Part shown: one piece after another, positions 49,801 through 56,711 of the stretch
Layout: each line of letters starts with the position of its first letter
How positions within the stretch are numbered: position 1 is the first letter of the stretch
DNA from: Bacteroidaceae bacterium
Lineage (GTDB): Bacteria; Bacteroidota; Bacteroidia; Bacteroidales; Barnesiellaceae_A
DNA length: 64,000 nt
Direction: 5' to 3'
NCBI GenBank assembly: GCA_017410245.1
Contig: JAFQRE010000017.1
Location: 67,296-131,295 of the forward strand
Program-made: the position numbers and the translations under genes
Notes under the pieces: model-generated
Seen by the model: only the letters and a program-made list of their open reading frames with translations
Told to the model about the DNA's origin: nothing
Database searches by the model: none

Positions 49801-50138
49801 TGGTGAAGGCTATGGCTGTGTCGGCCGATATGGTAGAGAGTGAGATTGTTGAGTATTACTATACGGTGAGATTGTATGATGGTGTAGAGGGTGTGAATGA
49901 TGATAATGCTATATGCGTATATCCAGTTCCCACACGACAAGTACTCAATATCAGCGCAGGTAATGCAACAATGAGATATGTGCAATTGACCTCGATCAAT
50001 GGTACACCGGTATATGCTCAAGAGGTAGATACTGAGAAACTTACTATCGATGTATCGGCTTTGCCCAAGGGTATGTACATGCTCAATATTGTCACTGATA
50101 AGAGAGTGTATAGTCGCAAGATTACGATTGTAGAGTAA
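43857..50138 (+). CDS. giant T9SS-sorted mosaic surface protein
   Basis: 2093 aa with signal peptide MKKIFCLIILCFTVLSVRSQ. Divergent InlB-B-repeat-like units (GGYVTPSG...GYEFKCW...LTAYF; GGTFNKS...NYRFDCW...FVAQF). LRR block at about 44560-44960 (FYAYSYM, FYDCSNL). CarboxypepD_reg-like unit (VSGVVRDSLNNSFISGATITF...AQGRYRAV) and further beta-sandwich-like segments. Helical module at 47343-48617. CHB_HEX_C-like unit (ATIYYTLDGSCP). CTD is VYPVPTRQVLNI...LPKGMYMLNIVTDKRVYSRKITIVE. Confidence 0.8.
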   Translation: MKKIFCLIILCFTVLSVRSQSGEGYDPINPSDPQTMYRLELKASPQEGGYVTPSGHSFYRPGDWAYCVATPKRGYEFKCWMIGDSIISYYKEFNYTIPTSNEVLTAYFDRSNTYNPENPGDPSVDATQHRVRAYSKPSAGGTFNKSDFYVEEGGAYYIYAYPAVNYRFDCWLCNGEVVSRENKLTAKMGDADIEFVAQFVYDPVSPSDPGANYFNAETGEVIVDNFQAGDLASVIRNLVGYDRYDKVTSIIVAGKMESYDIGFHYSFDNCILLDLSRTTGCEELPFYAYSYMAYLEKVILPASIKLIDEYAFYDCSNLNELHCYAMTPPLLKPEALYGVDTDALVVQVPAEALALYQRADVWKNLTILPFDGETRSLTVNLPAEANGGRYRNMYLELSNMVSGQVYRYVVTDRLSYSFNNIINNTAWSIKLHNERGDVFGSLYNIEIGEEDVVLNFDNLLTPCNVALKVVTPTGEDVTDRVQVAWSDKIDNYLSGDAQLRGLPAGMELKCSVTLNKELAMQYLAPDAIQCTVSYDSPTVVCTLNPIPQVLVSGVVRDSLNNSFISGATITFSQSFAGKYSKTVIVNSDAQGRYRAVMYNVPTTMTVAMQDYISRTMACEFTSGVESVTLPVVVLKPIKGAVVLLNFTYTASTVKGETEQVQDWYSDYNNIDYALYNVTKQRAITEYNLQYPQIVLLDEVDEGDELCLTATSRNGMFMPVETYATVQEQQVPVVFDIVELGKIQSTFVSNANKAVVGSLYNANGRLINTYNYTQASLTISNLADGTYTLVSMGSSPFYNSIYNLSQLSETGLKEGIDYVVNTIEVKSGEVSVIEIESVPILDESKLYYTGEKTSFAVNKTNITAGNYLTLTANIDFKEAYKSSVGDVQVLIDLPEHCAFVENSVMVGNAIGGYELEGNRLTIPLRQYTDRVRFCVIPTLSGIYTPSAFVQFSFNGSSILQPIGQVSYTVKDLSISVPAVISKPEMHINGTAPAKALVEIYNNDLKIAETTTLSNGVWTAVCQLDDPYNQSTHNIYAKVTTPQGLVLQSESQECVYDMYMVEPKTVTMTFYGGGVGNEIVFDLQKASVNNRSYTYVSATDFTFVIDLTNNDPEIVQGVDLRVYTNKNRWITLEASYNAKKNRWVAVEYFDNKELPAGVAVDIYVDKDPVLDADVLHSALQHTQSKQAEFEADQDALEVLLDKMLAMVDDPEADNDSIIALINEIEMMSGSNNFNPASTIDDAQTDAELEAFLAECDAVMSEMSITSLDNIINSNIYDMEAMSEFLDGMEIYTCDGIEEDELENLGYTRMAKTDSTAVYFFMSDMSYEMIDFASNMHVIVPQNSELYAPLRAVLLGEGGVEASLARLEALCERLRSMIMLVVDLVATVEDILQDQNKFLDQKIEDAFERLWFHRTNRDFIVSKILYAKLKVEIKLMQMTRLANNKVLKWLSENIKSFRVGKVMGKCFTLFSLVMNIRDGIQSLKYVAKLQDKCLPCPDDEQNAINIQKSLIRLADVTRTFYVAQVLSDIASLLSVKVGIAASIPSGGTSLAAVGVAVGIVVANFIACEAHSRYFDAKVALSREQIAALECNKDDDDRDDEDNDDKNKPPYPVVEPIIDPAGYVYEGVTSNRVEGVKATIYYKEMVEDMYGVQQEKIMLWDAEAYAQENPLFTDKDGMYRWDVPQGLWQVKFEKEGYETTYSEWLPVPPPQLDVNVAIKQLRQPEVKMANAYEDAVEVTFDKYMQPELLTTDNIVVMLDDQPVEGSIALLDAEESLEGETFASKVRFNAAEPFNATEVTLMVNNRVKSYAGVAMQSNFMQTFGIELEVRNIACDSISTINSGETVFETVYVQPAKAAAGKTLLVKSSSVMLLTTDADSYVVGEDGRVDIQVTGELPGTAMLTYTIDGMDIDGRTLFNIVELAADECAAPIASIASGSEVERGTELYLTCSTPNATIYYTLDGSCPCDVATRILYDGTPIIISDNVVVKAMAVSADMVESEIVEYYYTVRLYDGVEGVNDDNAICVYPVPTRQVLNISAGNATMRYVQLTSINGTPVYAQEVDTEKLTIDVSALPKGMYMLNIVTDKRVYSRKITIVE
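47343..48680 (+). other. internal alpha-helix-prone module ending in a hydrophobic glycine-zipper-like hairpin and a poly-acidic tract (about aa 1163-1608 of the 2093-aa protein)
   Basis: Composition switches to E/D/L/A/M/K-rich helix-forming sequence. The uncharged stretch FYVAQVLSDIASLLSVKVGIAASIPSGGTSLAAVGVAVGIVVANFIA lies at 48405-48550. The tract NKDDDDRDDEDNDDKNKPPYP lies at 48618-48680. Confidence 0.6.
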
Positions 50139-50157
50139 TCTTACCTATCTATAACAT

Positions 50158-50199
50158 AAAACCGGTTGCCTCGTTGTGGTATGAGGCAACCGGTTTTTG
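50158..50199. terminator. bidirectional rho-independent terminator between convergent genes
   Basis: Perfect 12-bp stem accggttgcctc/gaggcaaccggt. It is flanked by aaa on the 5' side and ttttt on the 3' side, so it reads as hairpin plus T-run on both strands. Confidence 0.75.
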
Positions 50200-50223
50200 T
50201 TTATATCTATTATCTATCTCTTA

Positions 50224-50844
50224 TCAGAATGTAACACCAAGGTTAAAACCGATGTTATTGAGACCATTCATATTGTACAATAGGCATTGACTTTGGTTGG
50301 TAGAGTAGTTGTAGTAAATACCAATGTGAATACCAGTTCTGTTGCTTGATGAGGGGAAGATAGAGACACCTACCTCGGGCTGAACGTTAAATCCCCACTC
50401 TTCATCGTAGAATTCGACAACTTGGCTTGAAGAGGACATGCGTGAGTACATGGCACCCATCTTGGCTGTAACGTATGGTTCAAACATAGAGTCCTCGACA
50501 AAACGGTATTTCAATAAAGCTCCAAAAGGTATTTGGAAAACCGATTGTACTTGGTCGGTGTAAAGATGGCTTGAAGGACTTAGCTCCAACACTTGAGGCT
50601 CTACATATTTGTTGTTGGTGTGGAACGATGCATACAGACCCACTGCTATCTTAGAGGTTACATAGCGTCCGCCCTCAAAGTTCATACCCCAGCCACTTGG
50701 TGTGTTGGCAAAATCATTGCCAACAATGCCGTTGAATTGCCAATCAACGTTGAAATAGGTCGATTTGTAAAGTTGTGCACTGAGTGTACCGGGCAATACG
50801 ATGCATGCAAGCAGTGCTATAGCCAATATTCTTATGCTTTTCAT
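50224..50844 (-). CDS. small outer membrane beta-barrel protein (copy 1)
   Basis: 206 aa with signal peptide ending TLSAQ. Alternating aromatic/Gly strands and C-terminal GFNLGVTF with terminal Phe, the OMP signature. Confidence 0.65.
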   Translation of the reverse strand: MKSIRILAIALLACIVLPGTLSAQLYKSTYFNVDWQFNGIVGNDFANTPSGWGMNFEGGRYVTSKIAVGLYASFHTNNKYVEPQVLELSPSSHLYTDQVQSVFQIPFGALLKYRFVEDSMFEPYVTAKMGAMYSRMSSSSQVVEFYDEEWGFNVQPEVGVSIFPSSSNRTGIHIGIYYNYSTNQSQCLLYNMNGLNNIGFNLGVTF

Positions 50845-50862
50845 TGTTTCAGTTTTTATGTG

Positions 50863-51516
50863 TTATTGGGCTTTGTGGTTGATATAGGGCGACTGCTCAA
50901 AGGCTTGATAGATGCCCGATATAGCTTTTGATATATTCACTTGGTTGCTCGACTCGACACCTGCCATACAAGCAGTCCATATAAAGGGCAGTTGTTGAGA
51001 CTCTTTCTTGGCTTCTTTGAGAGCTATCATTTCTACAACAAGTGTACCTGTTGTGTATGAGTATGTTACGGGGTATGGATAGTAGGGATACCAACCGTTG
51101 TAATAGGGATCCCAGTAGTCAAAGGGCCAATAGTAATAGAAGTCATACCACCAATAGGGATAGTCATAGCCAACGTATGTATTGGTGCGTTTGATGTATG
51201 AAGTGATAATGCCTATATCGGCTCTTGAGTTGTCATGCACTTCTACATATCCGCGGCTGTTCATCTCGCTCTCGATACTCTCAACAATATTGCGGGCGCG
51301 AGGGTCTTCTACCGATATATATCGAGGCTCTTTCTCGCTATCGTCGAGCATGAGTACGCTGTCGGGGAGATAATAAGTGTTGTATTGCGAGAAGTCGCAT
51401 GAAGTGTCGTGATGTGTATATACCAACAAGTCGTTCGATAGTTTGCCCCAATCGGGCTCTTTCTGACAGCCTGTGAGGACTATGCCTAAGAGTAATAAGG
51501 GAAGTAATTTCTTCAT
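50863..51516 (-). CDS. DUF4136-like lipoprotein (copy 1)
   Basis: 217 aa with lipobox VLTGC. Overall pattern recalled from DUF4136 lipoproteins. Extreme Tyr/Trp-rich segment at aa 114-155. Not verified. Confidence 0.55.
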   Translation of the reverse strand: MKKLLPLLLLGIVLTGCQKEPDWGKLSNDLLVYTHHDTSCDFSQYNTYYLPDSVLMLDDSEKEPRYISVEDPRARNIVESIESEMNSRGYVEVHDNSRADIGIITSYIKRTNTYVGYDYPYWWYDFYYYWPFDYWDPYYNGWYPYYPYPVTYSYTTGTLVVEMIALKEAKKESQQLPFIWTACMAGVESSNQVNISKAISGIYQAFEQSPYINHKAQ

Positions 51517-51570
51517 AATTGTTTTATCTTTTTTATGTTGCTATTGTTTGATATTTCTATTAAGATTTGA

Positions 51571-51578
51571 CAAAGGTA
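51571..51578 (-). promoter_or_regulatory. candidate -7 box TAnnTTTG for cassette copy 1
   Basis: The minus strand reads tacctttg, about 54 nt upstream of the ATG at 51516 and downstream of the copy-2 terminator. Confidence 0.3.
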
Positions 51579-51703
51579 TGAAATAGGAATGTACTTTGAA
51601 ACTTTTAGAGGGTATTTTTTATAAAATGCTTCCTATTTTATATAAATTTTGTTGTATTGATGAACAGATGATTGCCGGTGTGAGGTATTGGGTACAAGGG
51701 ACA

Positions 51704-51743
51704 TTATAAGAAAAGGCTATACCAATTGCGCCGGTATAGCCTT
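51704..51743 (-). terminator. rho-independent terminator downstream of cassette copy 2
   Basis: 11-bp stem aaggctatacc/ggtatagcctt (51713-51723 and 51733-51743) followed on the minus strand by ttttctt. Confidence 0.6.
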
Positions 51744-51804
51744 GAGGTGTAGCTGAATATGTAATATATTGTATAGTTCTCAATAGGTATTTTTAGTAGT
51801 AGAA

Positions 51805-52434
51805 TTAGAACGATATACCCAAGTGAAATCCTATATTGCTATACCCATCGATGTTGTAAGTGAGTACTTTACTTTTGTTGGTCGAGTAGTTGTAATATAC
51901 TGCCATGTGTATTCCTACACGATTGAGGGGCATAGGGAAGAACGACAAGCCTATCTCGGGTTGTACGTTAAAACCCCATCGGTCTTGGTAGTAGGTATAT
52001 ACCTGTGTGTTCGACTCCATGCGCGAGTACATTGTACCCAACTTTACACCAATGTATGGCTCAAACATATCCTCAGTGGTAAATCGCCAGCGGGTGGCAA
52101 TACCAAAAGGTACTTGATAGATAGAGTGTTGTTGGTCGGTATAGAGGCTTTCGGTACTACTCAGGTGTAGCACTTGTTCTCCTATATATTTGTTATTGGT
52201 GTGGTACGACACATATAGTCCCAATGACATGTTGGGTATAATGTAGTATCCGCCCTCAAAGTTCATACCCCAACCACTTGCTCGGTTGGCATAATCGTTT
52301 CCTATAGGTGCGTTGAACTGCCAATCGACGTTGAAGTATCCGCCTTTCATAATCTGAGCATTAGCCATCTGAGGCATTGCCATGGCTGTGGCTAAGAGTA
52401 GCATACAGCCTATTGATTTTATTCTGTTTTTCAT
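51805..52434 (-). CDS. small outer membrane beta-barrel protein (copy 2)
   Basis: The start is moved to the ATG giving MKNRIKSIGCMLLLATAMAMPQMANAQ. Shares YFNVDWQFN, SGWGMNFEGG, MFEPY and WGFNVQPE with copy 1. C-terminus is GFHLGISF. Confidence 0.65.
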   Translation of the reverse strand: MKNRIKSIGCMLLLATAMAMPQMANAQIMKGGYFNVDWQFNAPIGNDYANRASGWGMNFEGGYYIIPNMSLGLYVSYHTNNKYIGEQVLHLSSTESLYTDQQHSIYQVPFGIATRWRFTTEDMFEPYIGVKLGTMYSRMESNTQVYTYYQDRWGFNVQPEIGLSFFPMPLNRVGIHMAVYYNYSTNKSKVLTYNIDGYSNIGFHLGISF

Positions 52435-52494
52435 TTCGGTAGATTTTAAAAAAATAGATTGTTGAGTATATAGCAAATAGATAGTTGATATAGG

Positions 52495-53151
52495 CTATTC
52501 TACGCCCGAACGAATGTAGCTCGATTGTTCGAAGGCCTGATATATACCCGATACGGTGCGGTTGATGTTCATTTGGTTGCTTGATAGTATGCCCGCCATG
52601 TATGCCGTCCATATAACCGGTATCTTCTTGGTTGTGGGGTTGGCATCTTCGATGGCAATCATCTCGATGATGAGTGAGCCTATTGTATAGGTGTAACTGA
52701 TGGGATAGGCATACGATGGCCCCCAGCCGTACCAATAGGGGTTCCAATAGCTACCCGGCCAATAGTAATCGTAGCCATACCACCAATAGGGGTTGGTAGA
52801 GGCGTACGAAATGATGGTATTGGTGTCTTTGACGTAACTTACCTGTATGCCTATATCGGCATCGGCGTTGTTATCTACTTCTATGTAGCCACGTGTTTTC
52901 ATCTCGCTGTTGATAGCACGGACGATGGCAATGGTGCGAGGATCATCGGCCGCGTAGTATGAGGGTTTTTCTTTGTCGTCGAGTATAAGTATGCTGTCGG
53001 GTATAGCATAAGTTTGGTACTCGCCAAAGGTGGCACTCTTGTCGTAGTTGGTGTAAACGATGAGGTCGCTTGACAACTCGTTAAAGTCGGGGTTCTTTTG
53101 GCAGGCTATGAATGCCAGTGCCAAGAACAGAATGGGAATTGCCTTTTTCAT
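52495..53151 (-). CDS. DUF4136-like lipoprotein (copy 2)
   Basis: 218 aa with lipobox AFIAC. Shares LxVYTxxD, IPDSxLxLDD, PYWWY and SGIYQAFEQS with copy 1. Tyr/Trp-rich segment at aa 116-156. Confidence 0.55.
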   Translation of the reverse strand: MKKAIPILFLALAFIACQKNPDFNELSSDLIVYTNYDKSATFGEYQTYAIPDSILILDDKEKPSYYAADDPRTIAIVRAINSEMKTRGYIEVDNNADADIGIQVSYVKDTNTIISYASTNPYWWYGYDYYWPGSYWNPYWYGWGPSYAYPISYTYTIGSLIIEMIAIEDANPTTKKIPVIWTAYMAGILSSNQMNINRTVSGIYQAFEQSSYIRSGVE

Positions 53152-53279
53152 AACACTGTTTTTAGGTAAGATAAGTACTATGTTGTGGCATACAGATTAT
53201 GCTGTTGCCGTACATAGAAAACAATGTTATGTAATCAAAAGTTCTTAAGGAGTAATAAAAATATGTACCGAAATCCTTT

Positions 53280-54362
53280 TTACAACTTGTACACCTCTTC
53301 TACTTGTTGGGCTATGTAGTCCCAATTATAGGGGCTGAGGTCGTATTGGCGAGGTGTATGTAGGTTGCTGAGTTTTGTGTCGAGCAAGGCCGAGAGTGAC
53401 TCGATATTGCTCGTGCGGTGGAAGTCGTTCTCATCGAGACACGACAATCTATTGGCCGGAATGTCGCTTACAGTAACATCGAGGTTGTAACTGAGAGCCT
53501 CCAACAATGCTATGGGGAGTCCTTCGTGCGATGAGGGAAGTACGTATAGTGCGGCATGCGATAGTATCTCGTTGAGTTTTGCACCGCGTATAAATCCGGT
53601 AAGAACTACCTTGTTGTCATGGGCCAACTGCTTGAGGTATTGGCTGTATTGGTCGGGGTGGTCGGCATCGCCGGCAATGACCAATCGATAGTCGGTGTGG
53701 CGTAGCATACTGTAGGCCTTGATGAGAATGTCAAATCCCTTCTCCTTGACAAAACGACCGGTGGCCAAGATATACTTGCCCGGTTGTAGTCCCAACGATT
53801 CGATATATAGGGTTGATGTAGCCTTGTCGGGGGTATTCACACCATTGTATATGAGGTGGGTGTCGTGGCGATTGTGATTTGTGCGGCATATCTCTTCGAT
53901 AACTTTCGATATGACAATGACCTCGTTGGCATATCTGACACCCATTTTTTCGCCGGCTTTCAGTATAAATTTGGCCAACTTACCCCATTTCTCACGGTCG
54001 TAGTCGGGGCCGTGGTGTGTCATGACAACTTTCAGTCCCAATAGTCGAGCCAATGGGGTGAGTAATGCCGGACCGATGGCGTGGATATGAATAATGTCGG
54101 CCTTCACCCTTTTGGCATATAGTATGGCCAAGAAGGTGTGTACTATGGCCTCGAAGCTTTTCTTTCGCGGGGCATATATGTCGTGGAGCTTTACACCGGA
54201 GTAGGTGTCAATATGGTTGTCGGGTGTGATGTAGCAAGAGCGACGCACCACCGTTATGTCGTGTCCCATCTTGGCAAGGCGAGGGTACAACTCTTCGCAA
54301 TGAGTCTCTACGCCACCCATGATATTGGGGATACCTCTTGTTCCTACAACGACAATTTTCAT
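53280..54362 (-). CDS. glycosyltransferase (DUF1972-type N-terminus plus GT4/GT1 C-terminal domain)
   Basis: MKIVVVGTRGIPNIMGGVETHCEELYPRL is the typical DUF1972 start. C-terminal SSHEGLPIALLEAL is an E-x7-E-like motif. Confidence 0.72.
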   Translation of the reverse strand: MKIVVVGTRGIPNIMGGVETHCEELYPRLAKMGHDITVVRRSCYITPDNHIDTYSGVKLHDIYAPRKKSFEAIVHTFLAILYAKRVKADIIHIHAIGPALLTPLARLLGLKVVMTHHGPDYDREKWGKLAKFILKAGEKMGVRYANEVIVISKVIEEICRTNHNRHDTHLIYNGVNTPDKATSTLYIESLGLQPGKYILATGRFVKEKGFDILIKAYSMLRHTDYRLVIAGDADHPDQYSQYLKQLAHDNKVVLTGFIRGAKLNEILSHAALYVLPSSHEGLPIALLEALSYNLDVTVSDIPANRLSCLDENDFHRTSNIESLSALLDTKLSNLHTPRQYDLSPYNWDYIAQQVEEVYKL

Positions 54363-54378
54363 GCGCCCGTTCTCTTTA

Positions 54379-55443
54379 TTATCTTGGTTGCAAGTCGCCT
54401 TGTCGAGGATCTTGTCCTACATCATACCACTGCTTGTCTATGCATACGGGGCGACCCAACATCACGTTGAGTTTGTTGCGCAGTACCCACTTAAGAGGGT
54501 GCTTGATGTATGCCGGTTTTTTCATGACAGGCGATGCTGTTCCTACCATCCAACAGTTTTTGGGGCAAGAACGCACTTTCTCTCTCACGTGGGCAGCTTG
54601 TTCGCTCTCCCATATCTCGGCAAAGTTGCGAACTTGTCGTATGTTGCCCATGCTCTCTTTCCAATATTTTGGCTCAAGACCATTGCAAGGATATACTTCG
54701 CCCCATGGGTCGATAAAGAAGTTGATTGTACCGGCCTCGCAAGGTAGCATTCGTCGATTGCCCTCGATGTAGTTGATGAGTCCCATGTTGAAGAATGCTC
54801 TAAACCACGACTTGGGGTGTTTCTCTTTGAGTTGCAACTCTATGAGCTTGGCAAAGTTGTTGCATACTTCTTCTTTGTTGCTGATGACATTGTCGTCTTT
54901 GTGGAAGTAGTATGAATTGTGGAATGCGGCTGTAGCAAACTCCATGTTGAGTTTCTTGGATAACTGATACAAGGAGAGCATGTCGGCCGAGTTGTTGTTG
55001 GAAACGGTAATGCCAAATCCCACATCTTTTATACCCATCTCGCGCAGGGTGAGCAGTGTGCGCAAACCTTTGTCGAAACCACCTTCGCGACCACGCAACT
55101 CGTCATTCTTTTGAGACAAACCTTCGATACTGATGCGAATACCTATGTTGGGGAAACGTTTGGCCAATGCTATGACTCTATCTTCAAACCAACCCGATGT
55201 AGATATGACAACGCGAGGAGCCTTACGGAATGCTACCTCTACAATATCGGCCAAGTCTTCTCTTACAAAAGGCTCTCCACCGGTAATGTTGATAAACTTG
55301 ACGTTGGGCAGTATTTCAAGGTCTTTGGCTGTTATCTCTTCCTTAGGATTGGTAGGGTTTTGCCAGATATTACACATCTTGCACTTCATCGGGCAACGAT
55401 AAGTAGTGATGATGCTTATATCGGTAGGTGCAGGTACTTGCAT
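54379..55443 (-). CDS. radical SAM enzyme with C-terminal Cys-rich (SPASM/twitch-like) extension
   Basis: CPMKCKMC is the CxxxCxxC radical SAM cluster motif. GGEPF is a SAM-binding motif. C-terminal cysteines lie in CEAGT...YPCNG...CPKNC. The start is set at the ATG (MQVPAPT) because the ORF-track start at 55476 is a TTG. Confidence 0.8.
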   Translation of the reverse strand: MQVPAPTDISIITTYRCPMKCKMCNIWQNPTNPKEEITAKDLEILPNVKFINITGGEPFVREDLADIVEVAFRKAPRVVISTSGWFEDRVIALAKRFPNIGIRISIEGLSQKNDELRGREGGFDKGLRTLLTLREMGIKDVGFGITVSNNNSADMLSLYQLSKKLNMEFATAAFHNSYYFHKDDNVISNKEEVCNNFAKLIELQLKEKHPKSWFRAFFNMGLINYIEGNRRMLPCEAGTINFFIDPWGEVYPCNGLEPKYWKESMGNIRQVRNFAEIWESEQAAHVREKVRSCPKNCWMVGTASPVMKKPAYIKHPLKWVLRNKLNVMLGRPVCIDKQWYDVGQDPRQGDLQPR

Positions 55444-55512
55444 AGTTATCTCTCCTTTGTAACGTAATTTATACAAAGGTACAATATTTATTGTAAAGAA
55501 GAGTGTGTCGTA

Positions 55513-56709
55513 CTAAAAAAGTGCGATTAATTGCGATAAATGATTCTCTTCCGAGAAACGCATGCGTGATTTATTTGCTATTTCGGCTCGGTTGAAGTGG
55601 TTTTGTTCAAAAATCGTTTTGATGTGCGATTGCAATTCTTGACTGTTGTCGTTGTCGTATAGCAATCCTGTTTCATGCTCATCTATCAACTCGGGTATGC
55701 CACCCATGCGAGCACCGATAACCGGTGTACCCATACATAGCGACTCGATAACCGATAGCGGATTGTTCTCGTACCAGGCCGATGGTATCACCATTGCCTC
55801 GGCATTGGTTACCAACTCTACTACTTGGTTGGCTGTAAGATGGCCGGTAAATACGATATTGTCGTTGTTGGCATATTGTTTTTGCAACGTGTCGGCAAGT
55901 GGCCCTGTGCCGGCAACGTACAGCTTATAGGGCAGTTGAGCCGCTGTGACGAGTAGTTGTTCAATGCCTTTCTCTTGGCTCAAGCGTCCCACATAGCAGT
56001 AGTATGGAGTGTCGGGCTTTTGGTAGGTAGCTTGCGCGAGGAGATTGGACTTGTTCTTGTCTATGCAATTGCATATAACACTTATCCTATCGGCATCATA
56101 TCCGGCCTCTACCATCTTGCTGCGCATAAATTGGCTGGGGGCTATAAAGTGGTGTACATACTTTTGCAGGGTCGATTTGTTCCATCTTAGTGCCTCGATA
56201 TAGGCCAAGATGCTGGCGGGGAGGCTGTTCTTCATGCAGCGATGGCGTAGTACTTGCGACTTGTCGTTGAAACAAAGTTGGCAGGGCTTGCCATTGCGCA
56301 AACAGCTATATGATGGGCATAACACCTTATAGTCGTGCATTGTCCACAACACTTTGCACCCAAAGTTGTATGCCTGCTTGACGATGATAGGTGATAGGTA
56401 GGAGTGTATGTTGTGAAAGTGTACGATGTCGGGACGGAATTCTTGCAGGATATTGTTGAATGATTGCACAATATCGCCCAGGCCGAGTGAACGCATGGCT
56501 GCTTTGATAATGCCTTTGCCCGAAAATTTTACCTCCGAAGCAAAGAGAGATGAGTAGGGCGATGCAATATTTTGCTCATAGCTCATAGCATAAACAGCTA
56601 CCTCATATCCGGCTGCTTGCAACAGATGTTCGGTGTTCATCATGACAAGACAGTCGCCTCCACGCGAGTAGTAAAATTTATTGACTAATAGTATTTTCTT
56701 ATTGCTCAT
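55513..56709 (-). CDS. glycosyltransferase family 4
   Basis: 398 aa. ILLVNKFYYSRGGD start and C-terminal E-x7-E motif ENNPLSVIE followed by GTPVIGARMGGIPELI. Confidence 0.8.
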   Translation of the reverse strand: MSNKKILLVNKFYYSRGGDCLVMMNTEHLLQAAGYEVAVYAMSYEQNIASPYSSLFASEVKFSGKGIIKAAMRSLGLGDIVQSFNNILQEFRPDIVHFHNIHSYLSPIIVKQAYNFGCKVLWTMHDYKVLCPSYSCLRNGKPCQLCFNDKSQVLRHRCMKNSLPASILAYIEALRWNKSTLQKYVHHFIAPSQFMRSKMVEAGYDADRISVICNCIDKNKSNLLAQATYQKPDTPYYCYVGRLSQEKGIEQLLVTAAQLPYKLYVAGTGPLADTLQKQYANNDNIVFTGHLTANQVVELVTNAEAMVIPSAWYENNPLSVIESLCMGTPVIGARMGGIPELIDEHETGLLYDNDNSQELQSHIKTIFEQNHFNRAEIANKSRMRFSEENHLSQLIALF

Positions 56710-56711
56710 GT

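Noticed and set aside
55444-55476. An 11-codon N-terminal extension of the radical SAM ORF (the ORF-track start).
   Set aside because: The codon at 55474-55476 is TTG. The ATG at 55441-55443 gives a normal distance to the CxxxCxxC motif. The extension is kept only as an alternative.
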